A stretch of DNA of 64,000 bases from an uncultured Acidobacteriota bacterium (GTDB taxonomy: Bacteria > Acidobacteriota > Thermoanaerobaculia > Multivoradales > JAHEKO01). Position 1 is the first letter of the stretch. Each line of letters opens with the position of its first letter. Below, one piece after another: positions 9,223 to 18,488 of this stretch. The DNA lies in assembly GCA_963713825.1 (NCBI GenBank), contig CAVQNG010000001.1:350272-414271 (forward strand), read 5' to 3'. The notes beneath the pieces were generated by a model. It saw only the letters and a program-made list of their open reading frames with translations. It did no database searches and was not told the DNA's origin. A program made the position numbers and the translations under genes.

Positions 9223-10040
9223 AGAGCGACCTCCAGGTTCTCGAGGTAGGCGGCGATAGGAGCGATGTCCCCGCGCTCGGACAGATCGAGTACGGCCGCA
9301 GTCGAGGTCGATACCCGAAAGATCTCACCCAGTTCGTCGATGGCGAATTGTACGGCGGCGGTCAGCTCCAACTCGCCCCGCTCTGACAGGGGGATCTTCT
9401 CGCAAGCCGGAAAGATAGCCGGGGAGAACCGCCAGCAGTTCAGACTGACCAGCACGGGCTCTGGAAGCGACGCATAGGTTACCGAATCGGGTTTCTCGAC
9501 AATTCGGGTCAGCGTTTTTGTCGAGTCCGCCTGGACAATTGCGAAACGTGCCATTCTGTCCCGATCGAGATTGGACTCTCCACGCTCCAACAGGCCCGCT
9601 CGATCGAAGGCCACGAGGCCGGGTCCCTCGAGAGCCTGCAGGGCTCTCAGGACTTCTACGGAGTAGTAGTTGTCGCCGTTGAGAACCGCGAACTCACCAT
9701 CCGCTCCGACTGCCATTCTTGCCGCCAGCACGGCGTCGGCGGTTCCCTTCGGTTCGGCCTGTGTCACAAGCTCGATTTGAAGCCGGTCGGTGTCGAGTCC
9801 TCGGCAGTGACTGACCAGGTCGTGCTGATGAGGAGAGACTACGAGACAGACCCGCTCGAAGTCAGCCTCCGCCAGGGCCCCGAGACTGTAGTCGAGGAAT
9901 GGCCGCTTGAAAGGAATCAGTGCCTTGACACCGGAATCAGCGGTGTCTTCTTGTTGGGACGTAACCGTGGCGGAGGTGTCCTGCTGTCGCATTCTCTTGC
10001 CAATGCCGGCAGCCAGAATCACGGCAGTGGGCACCGTCAT
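9219..10040 (-). CDS. Sugar-1-phosphate nucleotidyltransferase
   Basis: VILAAGIGKRM, KALIP, QAEPKGTADA, NGDN, VEKP, SERGELEL. Confidence 0.9.
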   Translation of the reverse strand: MTVPTAVILAAGIGKRMRQQDTSATVTSQQEDTADSGVKALIPFKRPFLDYSLGALAEADFERVCLVVSPHQHDLVSHCRGLDTDRLQIELVTQAEPKGTADAVLAARMAVGADGEFAVLNGDNYYSVEVLRALQALEGPGLVAFDRAGLLERGESNLDRDRMARFAIVQADSTKTLTRIVEKPDSVTYASLPEPVLVSLNCWRFSPAIFPACEKIPLSERGELELTAAVQFAIDELGEIFRVSTSTAAVLDLSERGDIAPIAAYLENLEVAL

Positions 10041-10340
10041 GAACGGTCCTCCTGAGAGATCGAGCGGCGCACAGGACTGATTGTCTGCATTGCCCGGAAA
10101 AGTAACAGATAAACCTCTCGAAATGGCGAACCCGCAGAGCAACTCGAGTTACGAGGCAGTTCGGGTGCGGGAGATCGAAGGTGGGATTCGGATCATCAGT
10201 ACCAGCGCCGCTATCGATGCCAAGGAAATCGCTGGCGCAGCGCCAACGTCCGTCTGAAGTATCAGTAGGCTGTCCTCTCCAGGTCCGCTCAGACCAGCGC
10301 ATTCTCTATAATGGTGCTGACGTAACTGGAGGGAGGTGTC

Positions 10341-11255
10341 GTGCAGCAGCCTGCGGTCATCTGGGGCGTTCTGGTCGCGATTCTGTTCGGTGCGATCGGC
10401 TTTGCCCTCTGGCTGTTCTCGAAGCAGCCTGCACCCGCCACGGCTGGAGTGGAAACGAACCTGCCGAGCTCAGTGAATGGCTGGCAGCGGGCCCCGGATA
10501 GCCAGCACTACGATCCAGAGAGCATCTTTTCCTATATCAACGGACACGCCGAGGTGTATCTCGCCTATGGCATGCGGGGTTGCGATGCGCAGCGATACAT
10601 CGGCCCTGACGGCGAGCCCGATCTTATTCTCGACATCTTCGAAATGGCATCGCCCGCCGATGCGTTCGGAGTCTTCACTCACGACACCGAGGGTGAATCG
10701 GTTGGGATCGGTCGTGACTCTCGATACCGGTATGGCTGGCTCTCCTTCTGGCAAGGCTCTCACTTCGTCTCGATCGTGGCAGAAGGGGAGAGTGAGCTCT
10801 CCGAGCAGGCGACTCTCGAGTTGGGCCGGCTGGTTGCGGCTGGGCTCCCTGCAGAAGGCGCCATGCCGGCGATCCTCGAAGCCCTGCCTGAAGAGGGGCT
10901 GGTAGCTGGAAGCGCCCGGTACTTGCATCACCCACAGATTCTCAATACTCACCTGCCGGTGGATGCGGAGAACCTGCTGGAGGTAGGAATGGACACCCCA
11001 GCGGTCCTCGGCAGATACAACCGGGAATCGGCATGGGCCTACCTGTTGATCATCGACTATCCGAACGAGGAGAGAGCGGAGCAGGCGGAGCGTAATCTGC
11101 TCGAACGACTGTCTACGAATGTTGCAAGAGCAGACGCAACGGCCTCGGAGTCCGGGTTCTCTGCTTGTCGGCGGGAGGGGATGCGCCTGGCCGTAGTCGC
11201 GGAGACGCCAGATGGGGAGTGGGCACAAGGCCTTCTACAAACTGTTTTCGATTGA
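10341..11255 (+). CDS. Membrane-anchored periplasmic protein (DUF6599-like)
   Basis: N-terminal TM helix; IFSYINGHAEVYLAYG and DIFEMASPADAFGVF motifs; family assigned from memory. Confidence 0.7.
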   Translation: MQQPAVIWGVLVAILFGAIGFALWLFSKQPAPATAGVETNLPSSVNGWQRAPDSQHYDPESIFSYINGHAEVYLAYGMRGCDAQRYIGPDGEPDLILDIFEMASPADAFGVFTHDTEGESVGIGRDSRYRYGWLSFWQGSHFVSIVAEGESELSEQATLELGRLVAAGLPAEGAMPAILEALPEEGLVAGSARYLHHPQILNTHLPVDAENLLEVGMDTPAVLGRYNRESAWAYLLIIDYPNEERAEQAERNLLERLSTNVARADATASESGFSACRREGMRLAVVAETPDGEWAQGLLQTVFD

Positions 11256-11266
11256 GGACTCTCGAC

Positions 11267-12187
11267 ATGAAGAAGAGGCACTCGGGGATTACACGCCGCG
11301 GATTTCTTCGTGCCACATCGAGCTTGGCAGCCGGCGGAATCGTCGGACTCGGGAGCCAGGGGTATGCGAGCACCATCGGTTCGCAATCTCCGGCAAAGGC
11401 CGCTAAAAGCCGAGTCGTGCTGGTCAGAAATCCCCAGGTAGCGGTGGCGGCAAACGAGGTGCCACCGGAGCTGTTGCACGACATGCTCAATCAGGCCATG
11501 GCTGCTTTGATCGAGGTGCGGGATCCGAGCGAGGCGTGGGGACGGCTCTTCTCGGCTGAGGATGTTGTCGGAATCAAGACCAACGTCTGGCGGAATCTGC
11601 GCACTCCCGAAGCCCTGGAACAGGCCATCCGAACAGAGCTCCTCGAAGTCGGCGTGTCCGGATCCGATATCGCGGTGGACGATCGTGGCGTGCGGACCAG
11701 TGAGCTCTTTCGTCAGGCCAGTGCCATGATCAATGTCCGCCCAATGCGCACGCATCACTGGTCCGGACTCGGCACCTGCTTGAAGAACATGATCATGTTC
11801 GTGCCGAGACCGGCGGACTACCATGGCGATTCCTGTGCCTCCCTCGGAGCCATTTGGCAGCTTCCGGAGCTCGCCGGGAAGGTGAGACTGAACATCCTGG
11901 TCCTGCTGACGCCGCAGTTTCATGGTGTTGGCCCGCACAGCTTTTCCTCTCGGTTTACCTGGCCCTATGGCGGTTTGTTGGTGGGAACAGATCCCGTGGC
12001 AGTCGACGCCACTGGGGCGCGCATTATTCAAGCGAAGCGGAATGAGTATTTCGGTGAGACAAAACCGATCAGTCCGCCACCCCATCACATTGAGATTGCC
12101 GACACCCGTTATGGGCTGGGCAACGCCAGCCCCGACAGAATCGACTTGGTTGAGCTCGGTTGGCAGGAGAGCTCCTTGCTTGGATGA
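11267..12187 (+). CDS. Tat-exported DUF362-domain protein
   Basis: ITRRGFL; VGIKTN; INVRPMRTHH..LKNM; TDPVAVD. Confidence 0.8.
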   Translation: MKKRHSGITRRGFLRATSSLAAGGIVGLGSQGYASTIGSQSPAKAAKSRVVLVRNPQVAVAANEVPPELLHDMLNQAMAALIEVRDPSEAWGRLFSAEDVVGIKTNVWRNLRTPEALEQAIRTELLEVGVSGSDIAVDDRGVRTSELFRQASAMINVRPMRTHHWSGLGTCLKNMIMFVPRPADYHGDSCASLGAIWQLPELAGKVRLNILVLLTPQFHGVGPHSFSSRFTWPYGGLLVGTDPVAVDATGARIIQAKRNEYFGETKPISPPPHHIEIADTRYGLGNASPDRIDLVELGWQESSLLG

Positions 12188-13239
12188 GGGTGCCACGATT
12201 GAAGATCCCAAGAGAAGACGCGCCCAGCGCTGAGCATCCGAGGACCGATCGAGAGCAGCCTGGTGGGGGAGAGTCCTCGAGCCTGGTGGGCCGTCGGCAG
12301 CTGCTCCTGACTTGGGGACCGGTGGCCCTTGCAAGCCTGGTCCTAGGCGGTGCGGGAAAACTGCTCAGAGATCGTCCAGGCCGCCACCAACCCGTGAATG
12401 CTGCCAGCCTTCCAGGCAGGCGGGATTGGCGGGCAGCGCCCCAGGCTCCTGGCCAGATAGCCCTGGCTGGCGGATCGGGTCCTGCAGTGAATGTACAACG
12501 GGCCATCAGCGCTTTGGGTGGCATAGGAGCCTTTGTTGGACAGGGCCATCGGGTGGTGATCAAGCCGAACTCCGCCTGGGATCGGACTCCAGAGCAGGCC
12601 GCCAACACCAATCCGGAGCTGGTGGGGCAGCTGGTGCGCATGTGTCTGGCTGCTGGGGCTTCGTCTGTGATTGTCGCAGACTGCACCTGCCACGATCCGG
12701 ACCGGGCTTTCGCGCGATCTGGGATCGGTGACGCTGCACAGGAAGCTGGTGCCCGTGTTGCCCATCAGACTCGTGGAGGTACCGTAGCGCTCGATCTCGG
12801 TGGCACTCAGCTGGGCTCATGGCAGGTCTTGCGCTCTCTCGCAGAAGCGGACCGCGTCATCAACGTGCCGGTGGTCAAGCATCATTCCCTGGCCAGAGGA
12901 ACTCTGGGAATGAAGAACTGGTTCGGCGCCCTGGTTGGGCAGAGGTCGCGACTGCATCAACGCCTGCCGCAAGTCTCGGCAGAGCTGGCAGACGTTTTCC
13001 GACCGACACTCACCGTCGTCGACGCAACTCGAGTTCTGGTAGGGGGAGGGCCGACTGGCGGCTCTCTCACACTTGTCCGCGACCTGGATCAGATCGCCGT
13101 TGCAACGGACCCCGTAGCGGCGGATTCATGGGGGGGATCGCTGTTGGATCTGGGAGCACGTGAGCTGCCTCATCTAGACATCGCGCGTCGACTGGGTCTA
13201 GGAACTCCGGACTGGCAGTCGGTCTCGATCCAAACCTGA
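12184..13239 (+). CDS. DUF362-domain protein, second paralog with Tat-like motif
   Basis: GRRQLL; VVIKPN; INVPVVKHH..MKNWFG; DPVAAD; ATGA overlap with upstream gene. Confidence 0.8.
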   Translation: MRVPRLKIPREDAPSAEHPRTDREQPGGGESSSLVGRRQLLLTWGPVALASLVLGGAGKLLRDRPGRHQPVNAASLPGRRDWRAAPQAPGQIALAGGSGPAVNVQRAISALGGIGAFVGQGHRVVIKPNSAWDRTPEQAANTNPELVGQLVRMCLAAGASSVIVADCTCHDPDRAFARSGIGDAAQEAGARVAHQTRGGTVALDLGGTQLGSWQVLRSLAEADRVINVPVVKHHSLARGTLGMKNWFGALVGQRSRLHQRLPQVSAELADVFRPTLTVVDATRVLVGGGPTGGSLTLVRDLDQIAVATDPVAADSWGGSLLDLGARELPHLDIARRLGLGTPDWQSVSIQT

Positions 13240-13242
13240 ATC

Positions 13243-14745
13243 GTGCCTACGACCCATCCAAAGAAGGGCTTGCGCCCTCGCCACCTGAGAACCGTTGTTC
13301 AGACCTGCTTCCTCCTGGTTTTCTGTGGCCTGTTCCTGGGGCTGTCCTGGGCTCCGATCCGCGGCGAGCAAGCCTCTTTCTTGCTGGTTCTGGACCCCTT
13401 GCCAGCTGTCACGACAGCTCTGGCAGACTGGACCCTGCCGCGCTGGACCTGGGTGGGATTGGGCGTCCTCGCTCTGACAGCGGTCTTTGGCCGCGTCTTT
13501 TGTGGCTGGGTCTGCCCGCTGGGCACTTTGCAGCAGCTCGTGTCCTGGGTGGCTGGGCCGCGCAAGCGCAAGTCGGTGGAGCGCAATCGATACCGACGCT
13601 GGTTCAGTCTCAAGTACCTGTTGCTCACAGCGCTCCTGGTCTGGGCGGCCCTGGGCGCCAACCATGCTGGGTGGCTCGATCCCCTCCCACTATTGCATCG
13701 TGGGGTGGCGGCAGGTCTTCGCCCACTCTGGCATGGCGGTGTAGTACCTGGAGGCTGGGTGGCGTTCGGCCTCCTGGCTTCGATCTTGGCAGCTTCGGCC
13801 TGGATGCCACGTTTCTTCTGTAGGGCCCTCTGTCCGTCCGGGGCCCTGATGGGCCTGTTTTCGCGGTTGGCTCCGTTTCGGATCCGCCGACACGGTTCGA
13901 CCTGCACCGACTGCAATCTGTGTCTGATGGCCTGTCAGGGTGCGGATGAGCCTCTGGGGAAGCACCGGGTCAGCGAGTGTCACGTTTGCCTGAACTGCCT
14001 GGATGCCTGCGGGCAAGAGAGCCTGAGCTACAACTCGCGTCCCAGTCAGCCACCGGCCGATGCCATGCCCCTGGATGTCGGACGGCGCAGATTTCTGACC
14101 ACCGCGGTCGCCTCCGCTGCCATCGCCCCCGTGCTCCGAGTCTCTGGATCGGGGTTTGGCGCCCGGGCGCACGACGCTGTTCGCCCCCCTGGAGCTCTCT
14201 TCGAGGAGGCCTTCCTGGCGCGGTGCATCACCTGCAGTGCGTGCATGGCCGCCTGTCCGACGGGAGTCATCGTTTCGGATCTGGGGAAGACCGGCGTCGA
14301 AGGGCTGTTCAGCCCGGTTCTGGAAATGAGGCGTGGCTGGTGTGAGCCCTCCTGCTTACGGTGCATGGAGGTCTGCCCGACGGGCGCTCTGACGATCGTC
14401 GATGTCGACGCCAAACAGGCGATCGGAGGCCCACCGGGTTTCAAGATCGGTACTGCCTTCATGGATCGCGGGCGTTGCCTGCCCTGGGCGATGGACATTC
14501 CCTGCATCGTCTGTGAGGAGATGTGCCCCACGTCTCCCAAAGCTATCTGGTTGGAGACAGTCGAAACGACGCGAAGGGATGGCAGTCCTGTCGTTCTGCA
14601 AAGGCCGCACGTCGAGCCATCGATGTGCACCGGCTGTGGCCTTTGCGAGAATCGCTGTCCAGTCGGTGAGAGTGCCGCAATCAGAATCTCGAGCGCCGGT
14701 GAAACGCGAGATCCCGACAATCGGATGGTCCAGTCGCCAGCTTGA
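13243..14745 (+). CDS. Membrane polyferredoxin (NapH/MauN-like TM domain fused to NapG/MauM-like domain)
   Basis: GRVFCGWVCPLG, RFFCRALCP, several CxxCxxCxxxCP motifs, internal GRRRFL, RPPGA. Confidence 0.9.
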   Translation: MPTTHPKKGLRPRHLRTVVQTCFLLVFCGLFLGLSWAPIRGEQASFLLVLDPLPAVTTALADWTLPRWTWVGLGVLALTAVFGRVFCGWVCPLGTLQQLVSWVAGPRKRKSVERNRYRRWFSLKYLLLTALLVWAALGANHAGWLDPLPLLHRGVAAGLRPLWHGGVVPGGWVAFGLLASILAASAWMPRFFCRALCPSGALMGLFSRLAPFRIRRHGSTCTDCNLCLMACQGADEPLGKHRVSECHVCLNCLDACGQESLSYNSRPSQPPADAMPLDVGRRRFLTTAVASAAIAPVLRVSGSGFGARAHDAVRPPGALFEEAFLARCITCSACMAACPTGVIVSDLGKTGVEGLFSPVLEMRRGWCEPSCLRCMEVCPTGALTIVDVDAKQAIGGPPGFKIGTAFMDRGRCLPWAMDIPCIVCEEMCPTSPKAIWLETVETTRRDGSPVVLQRPHVEPSMCTGCGLCENRCPVGESAAIRISSAGETRDPDNRMVQSPA

Positions 14746-14842
14746 CGAAGAGCTTCAACGGTCTTTCTGCCTGTGGGATGGCTATCGTGCGTCGACGAGC
14801 CGTTTGCACCGATGTCTCTGAAGCGGTAAGTTAGCCCGCATT

Positions 14843-15664
14843 ATGAAAAACCTAACCGGAATTGTCGTTGTTTTCGTCGCAGTTCTCAGCCTGATCCCTG
14901 GTGTAGGCGTCTGGGGAGCAGATGCGATTCCCGCGCCTTCGGACGTCGCGGCCCCACCGACCGATGCCCAGGTGACGGCCTCGGGGCTGGCTAGCAAGGT
15001 CCTTCAGCCTGGAACCGGCACCGAGCACCCGGCTGCCGCCGATATCGTCAAAGTGCACTACACCGGATGGACTACGGATGGCGCCATGTTCGACAGCTCT
15101 GTGGCACGCGGCGAGCCCATCGGTTTGCCCTTGAACCGTGTCATCGCGGGCTGGACCGAGGGTGTACAGCTGATGGTCGTCGGAGAGAAGCGGCGTTTCT
15201 GGATTCCGGAAGAGCTCGCCTATGGTGGACAGCCGGGCAGGCCGGCAGGAATGCTGGTCTTCGATGTCGAGTTGCTGGCGATGCAGAAAGCTCCCGAGCT
15301 ACCCACTGCGCCGCCGGATGTCGCGGCACCTCCGGCCGACGCTCAAGTGACGAAGTCGGGGTTGGCTAGCAAGGTTCTGATGGCCGGAAACGGCACCGAG
15401 CATCCAAAGAAGAACAGCAAAGTGACGGTTCACTATACGGGCTGGACGACCGACGGCGAGTTGTTCGACAGCTCCGTGGTCCGCGGTCAACCTACCTCCC
15501 TCGGCCTGAATCAAGTCATTGCTGGCTGGACCGAGGGGGTGCAGCTGATGGTCGTCGGGGAAAAGCGGCGTTTCTGGATTCCCGAGAAGCTGGCCTACGG
15601 TGGTGAGGCTGGCAAGCCGGCCGGCACCCTCGTGTTCGACGTCGAATTGATCTCGATCGACTAG
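14843..15664 (+). CDS. Exported FKBP-type peptidyl-prolyl isomerase with two tandem FKBP domains
   Basis: Two copies of VHYTGWTTDG.FDSS..VIAGWTEGVQLM..LVFDVEL. Confidence 0.95.
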   Translation: MKNLTGIVVVFVAVLSLIPGVGVWGADAIPAPSDVAAPPTDAQVTASGLASKVLQPGTGTEHPAAADIVKVHYTGWTTDGAMFDSSVARGEPIGLPLNRVIAGWTEGVQLMVVGEKRRFWIPEELAYGGQPGRPAGMLVFDVELLAMQKAPELPTAPPDVAAPPADAQVTKSGLASKVLMAGNGTEHPKKNSKVTVHYTGWTTDGELFDSSVVRGQPTSLGLNQVIAGWTEGVQLMVVGEKRRFWIPEKLAYGGEAGKPAGTLVFDVELISID

Positions 15665-15711
15665 CGTCGGTGGGCCGGTGACTCCTGTGTCGCGCCGCAG
15701 GGCCGTCTGAA

Positions 15712-18483
15712 CTAACCTTCGACAGCCGCGGCGTAGGAGCCTGGGAACAGGGCCGGCGCTTGGCCATCCTGGTCGACGGGCTCGATTCTCGCAGCACAGA
15801 CTTTGTATTCCCCGGTGCCGGTGACTTTGTCACCGGCATCGGTTGTCAGGTAGTTGGTGCGTGCCTCTGGAAAGTGGAACGGCATCCAGATGGCGTGGCG
15901 GCGAACCTGTCGGCTGATCATCGCCCGACAGCGCACGCGACCTCTCCGGCTCACTACATCGACCAGCTGCCCATCTTCGACGCCTAGCTTGCGGGCGTTC
16001 GAAGGATGGATCTCGACGAAGGCCTCTGGCTGCTTCGTAGTCAGGCCCTCCGACCGCCGCGTCTGGGTCGCTGCATTGTAGTGGTAGAGAGTCCGACCGG
16101 TGGACAGGACCAGAGGGAATTCCGGGTCGGTCTCCTCGAATGGGGGAGAGTAATCGACGGGTTGAAATAGACCTTTCCCACGCAGCACGCCGTCTCTGTG
16201 GAGGTACTCGGTGCTGGGTGCATCCTCGCTTGTCACAGGCCACTGTAGCCCACCTTCCCGAGCTATCCGGGCATGTGAGATGCCAGCAAATTTCGGCGCT
16301 AGCGCAGCCAATTCGGAGTAGATCTCAGCTGGGCTGGAGTAGTCGGGCTGCTCGAGACCGATTCTCTTCATGACGTCCAGAATGATCTGCCAGTCGGCTC
16401 GCGCCTCACCGGGGGGATCGACTGCTCGGCGCACGAGCTGAACCCGCCTGTCCGAGTTTGTGAAGACGCCCTCTTTCTCGGCAAAGCAGGCTGCGGGGAG
16501 GACGACATCGGCGAAGCGACAACTCTCATTGAAGAAGATATCCTGCACGACCACGAAATCCAGCTCGTTGAGGGCCTTCTCGACGCGCCCCACATTCGGT
16601 TCTGAGATGACGATGTCTTCGCCCATCAGGTAGAGACCGCGAAGCCTACCGTCACCCATTGCTTTCATCATCTCGTTCAGATTGAGGCCCGTGGTGGAGC
16701 TTTGCTCGACTCCCCAGGCAGCGCCGAACTTCTCTCGCACTGCCGCCTCTTCGGCGCGCTGGTAGCCCGGATAGAAGACCGGCGAAGCACCGGAATCGTT
16801 GGCCCCTTGGACGTTGTTCTGCCCTCTCAAGGGGTTCAAGCCGGCTGAGCGGAGGCCAAGGTGTCCGGTCATCAACACCAGATTCGACAGGGCGTAGACG
16901 TTATCGGTGCCACATGTGTGCTCAGTAATTCCCAGTGTGTAGTAGATCCCCGCCTTCCTGGTCGAAGCGTAGGCGCGAGCCACCTCTCGAATACTCTGAG
17001 CGGGAACGCCTGTCGCCGCCGCCGCTGCTTCAGGGGTATACCGGAGGACGGTCTCTCGAACGGCTTCGAAGTTCTCGGTATTGGCTTCGATCCAGGGACG
17101 ATTCTCCAGACCCTCGGTGACAATGACGTTGGCCATGGCATTGAGGAGCCAGACGTCCGACCCCGGTTTGAGCTGCAGGTGCCAATCGGCAATCTCGGTC
17201 AGCCAGATGGCTCGCGGGTCGGCGACCGCCAGTTGGGCCCCTCTCTGCACTGCGCGCTTCATCTCCATGGCGATGATGGGATGTGCCTCGGTCGTGTTCG
17301 ATCCGGTTACGAAGAGGAAGTCCGCGTCCCGAATCTCGGGGATCGAGTTGGTCATCGCGCCCGCTCCGTAGGTGGTCACCAGACCGGCGACCGTGGGAGC
17401 GTGTCACGTAGCGGCGCATTGATGGACGTTGTGGGTCTGAAACCCCGCGCGAGCCAACTTCTGCATCAGGTAGTTCTCTTCGCCCGTGCAACGGCTCGAG
17501 CTGATGAAGGCCAGCGCATCGCCACCATGCGCTGCGGCAACTCCGAGCAAACCCGCGCTGACCCGATCCAGGGCCTCATCCCAGGTCGCCGGGACCAACT
17601 CACCAGCATCGTTGCGCACGAGCGGCTCCTGGAGTCGATCGGGATGATGGATGAAGTCGTTGGCGAAGCGCCCCTTGACGCAGAGGTTGCCGTCGTTGAC
17701 GGTCGTCCCCGGTGGCGGACTGGTCACTTTGACGACCCGATTCGCTGCGACGTCGACATTCAGATCGACCTGGCAGCCGACTCCACAGAAGTTACAGGTC
17801 GTGCGAACCTTGTCGAGATCTTTCTCGGGTTTGCCCCAGGCCAAGGCCGACTTCTCGGTCATGGCACCGGTAGGGCAGACGTCGATGCAGCCGCCACACA
17901 ACTCGCAGGTCGTGTCGGTCAGGGTGCGCTCGTCGGCTGTCGAGATCGTGGTCCTGGCTCCTTTGAAAGCCAGTGTGATGGCGCTCACCGCCTCGACTTC
18001 GTCGCAATACCGGGTGCACAGAGAGCAGGCTATGCATCGATCTGGTCGATACTGGATATAGGGATTGTCGTCCGCAGGGCGCCCCTGTCTGGGAGAGTCA
18101 ACGGGAATCCACTCGCCAGCGGTGCCGTAGTGTTCTGCTAGATCATGGAGCCGTGAAGGGTTGTTGTCCTCCGCCAGCTCCCGATCCTGAATCGTGTCGG
18201 CGAGATGGAGAGAGAGAATGAACTGCCGATTGCGCGCAACTCTCGGGGTCGAAGACCGAACCACCATCCCTGGCGACACGCGGGTCGCACAGGCCGGTTG
18301 CATGAGATTGGAACCCTCGACCTCGACGAGGCAGATTCGACAGGCGCCTGCCGGTGTCAGGCGATCGTCGTGACACAGCGTAGGAATCTCGACTTCGGCT
18401 CGGCGAGCGGCCTCGAGGATGGTCTCACCGGCCTCATAGTCGAGCTCGTTGCCATCGATAATCACGAATCGGCTCTCAGTCAT
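15712..18483 (-). CDS. fdhF: Selenocysteine-containing Mo/W formate dehydrogenase alpha subunit (923 aa, Sec at residue 360)
   Basis: ORFs 17404-18483 and 15712-17379 are in frame across a single TGA (17404-17406) in CAAT-U-HAPTVAGL; LRGQNNVQG; N-terminal Fe-S motifs; CNFCGVGC. Confidence 0.93.
17363..17400 (-). promoter_or_regulatory. Bacterial SECIS element
   Basis: Just 3' of the UGA: GCTCC..GGTCGCC-GGTCT-GGTGACC..GGAGC hairpin, resembling the E. coli fdhF SECIS. Confidence 0.85.
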
Positions 18484-18488
18484 GGTAT

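Noticed and set aside
17404-17406. Nonsense mutation or pseudogene in the FDH
   Set aside because: The stop sits at the Sec position and is followed by a SECIS
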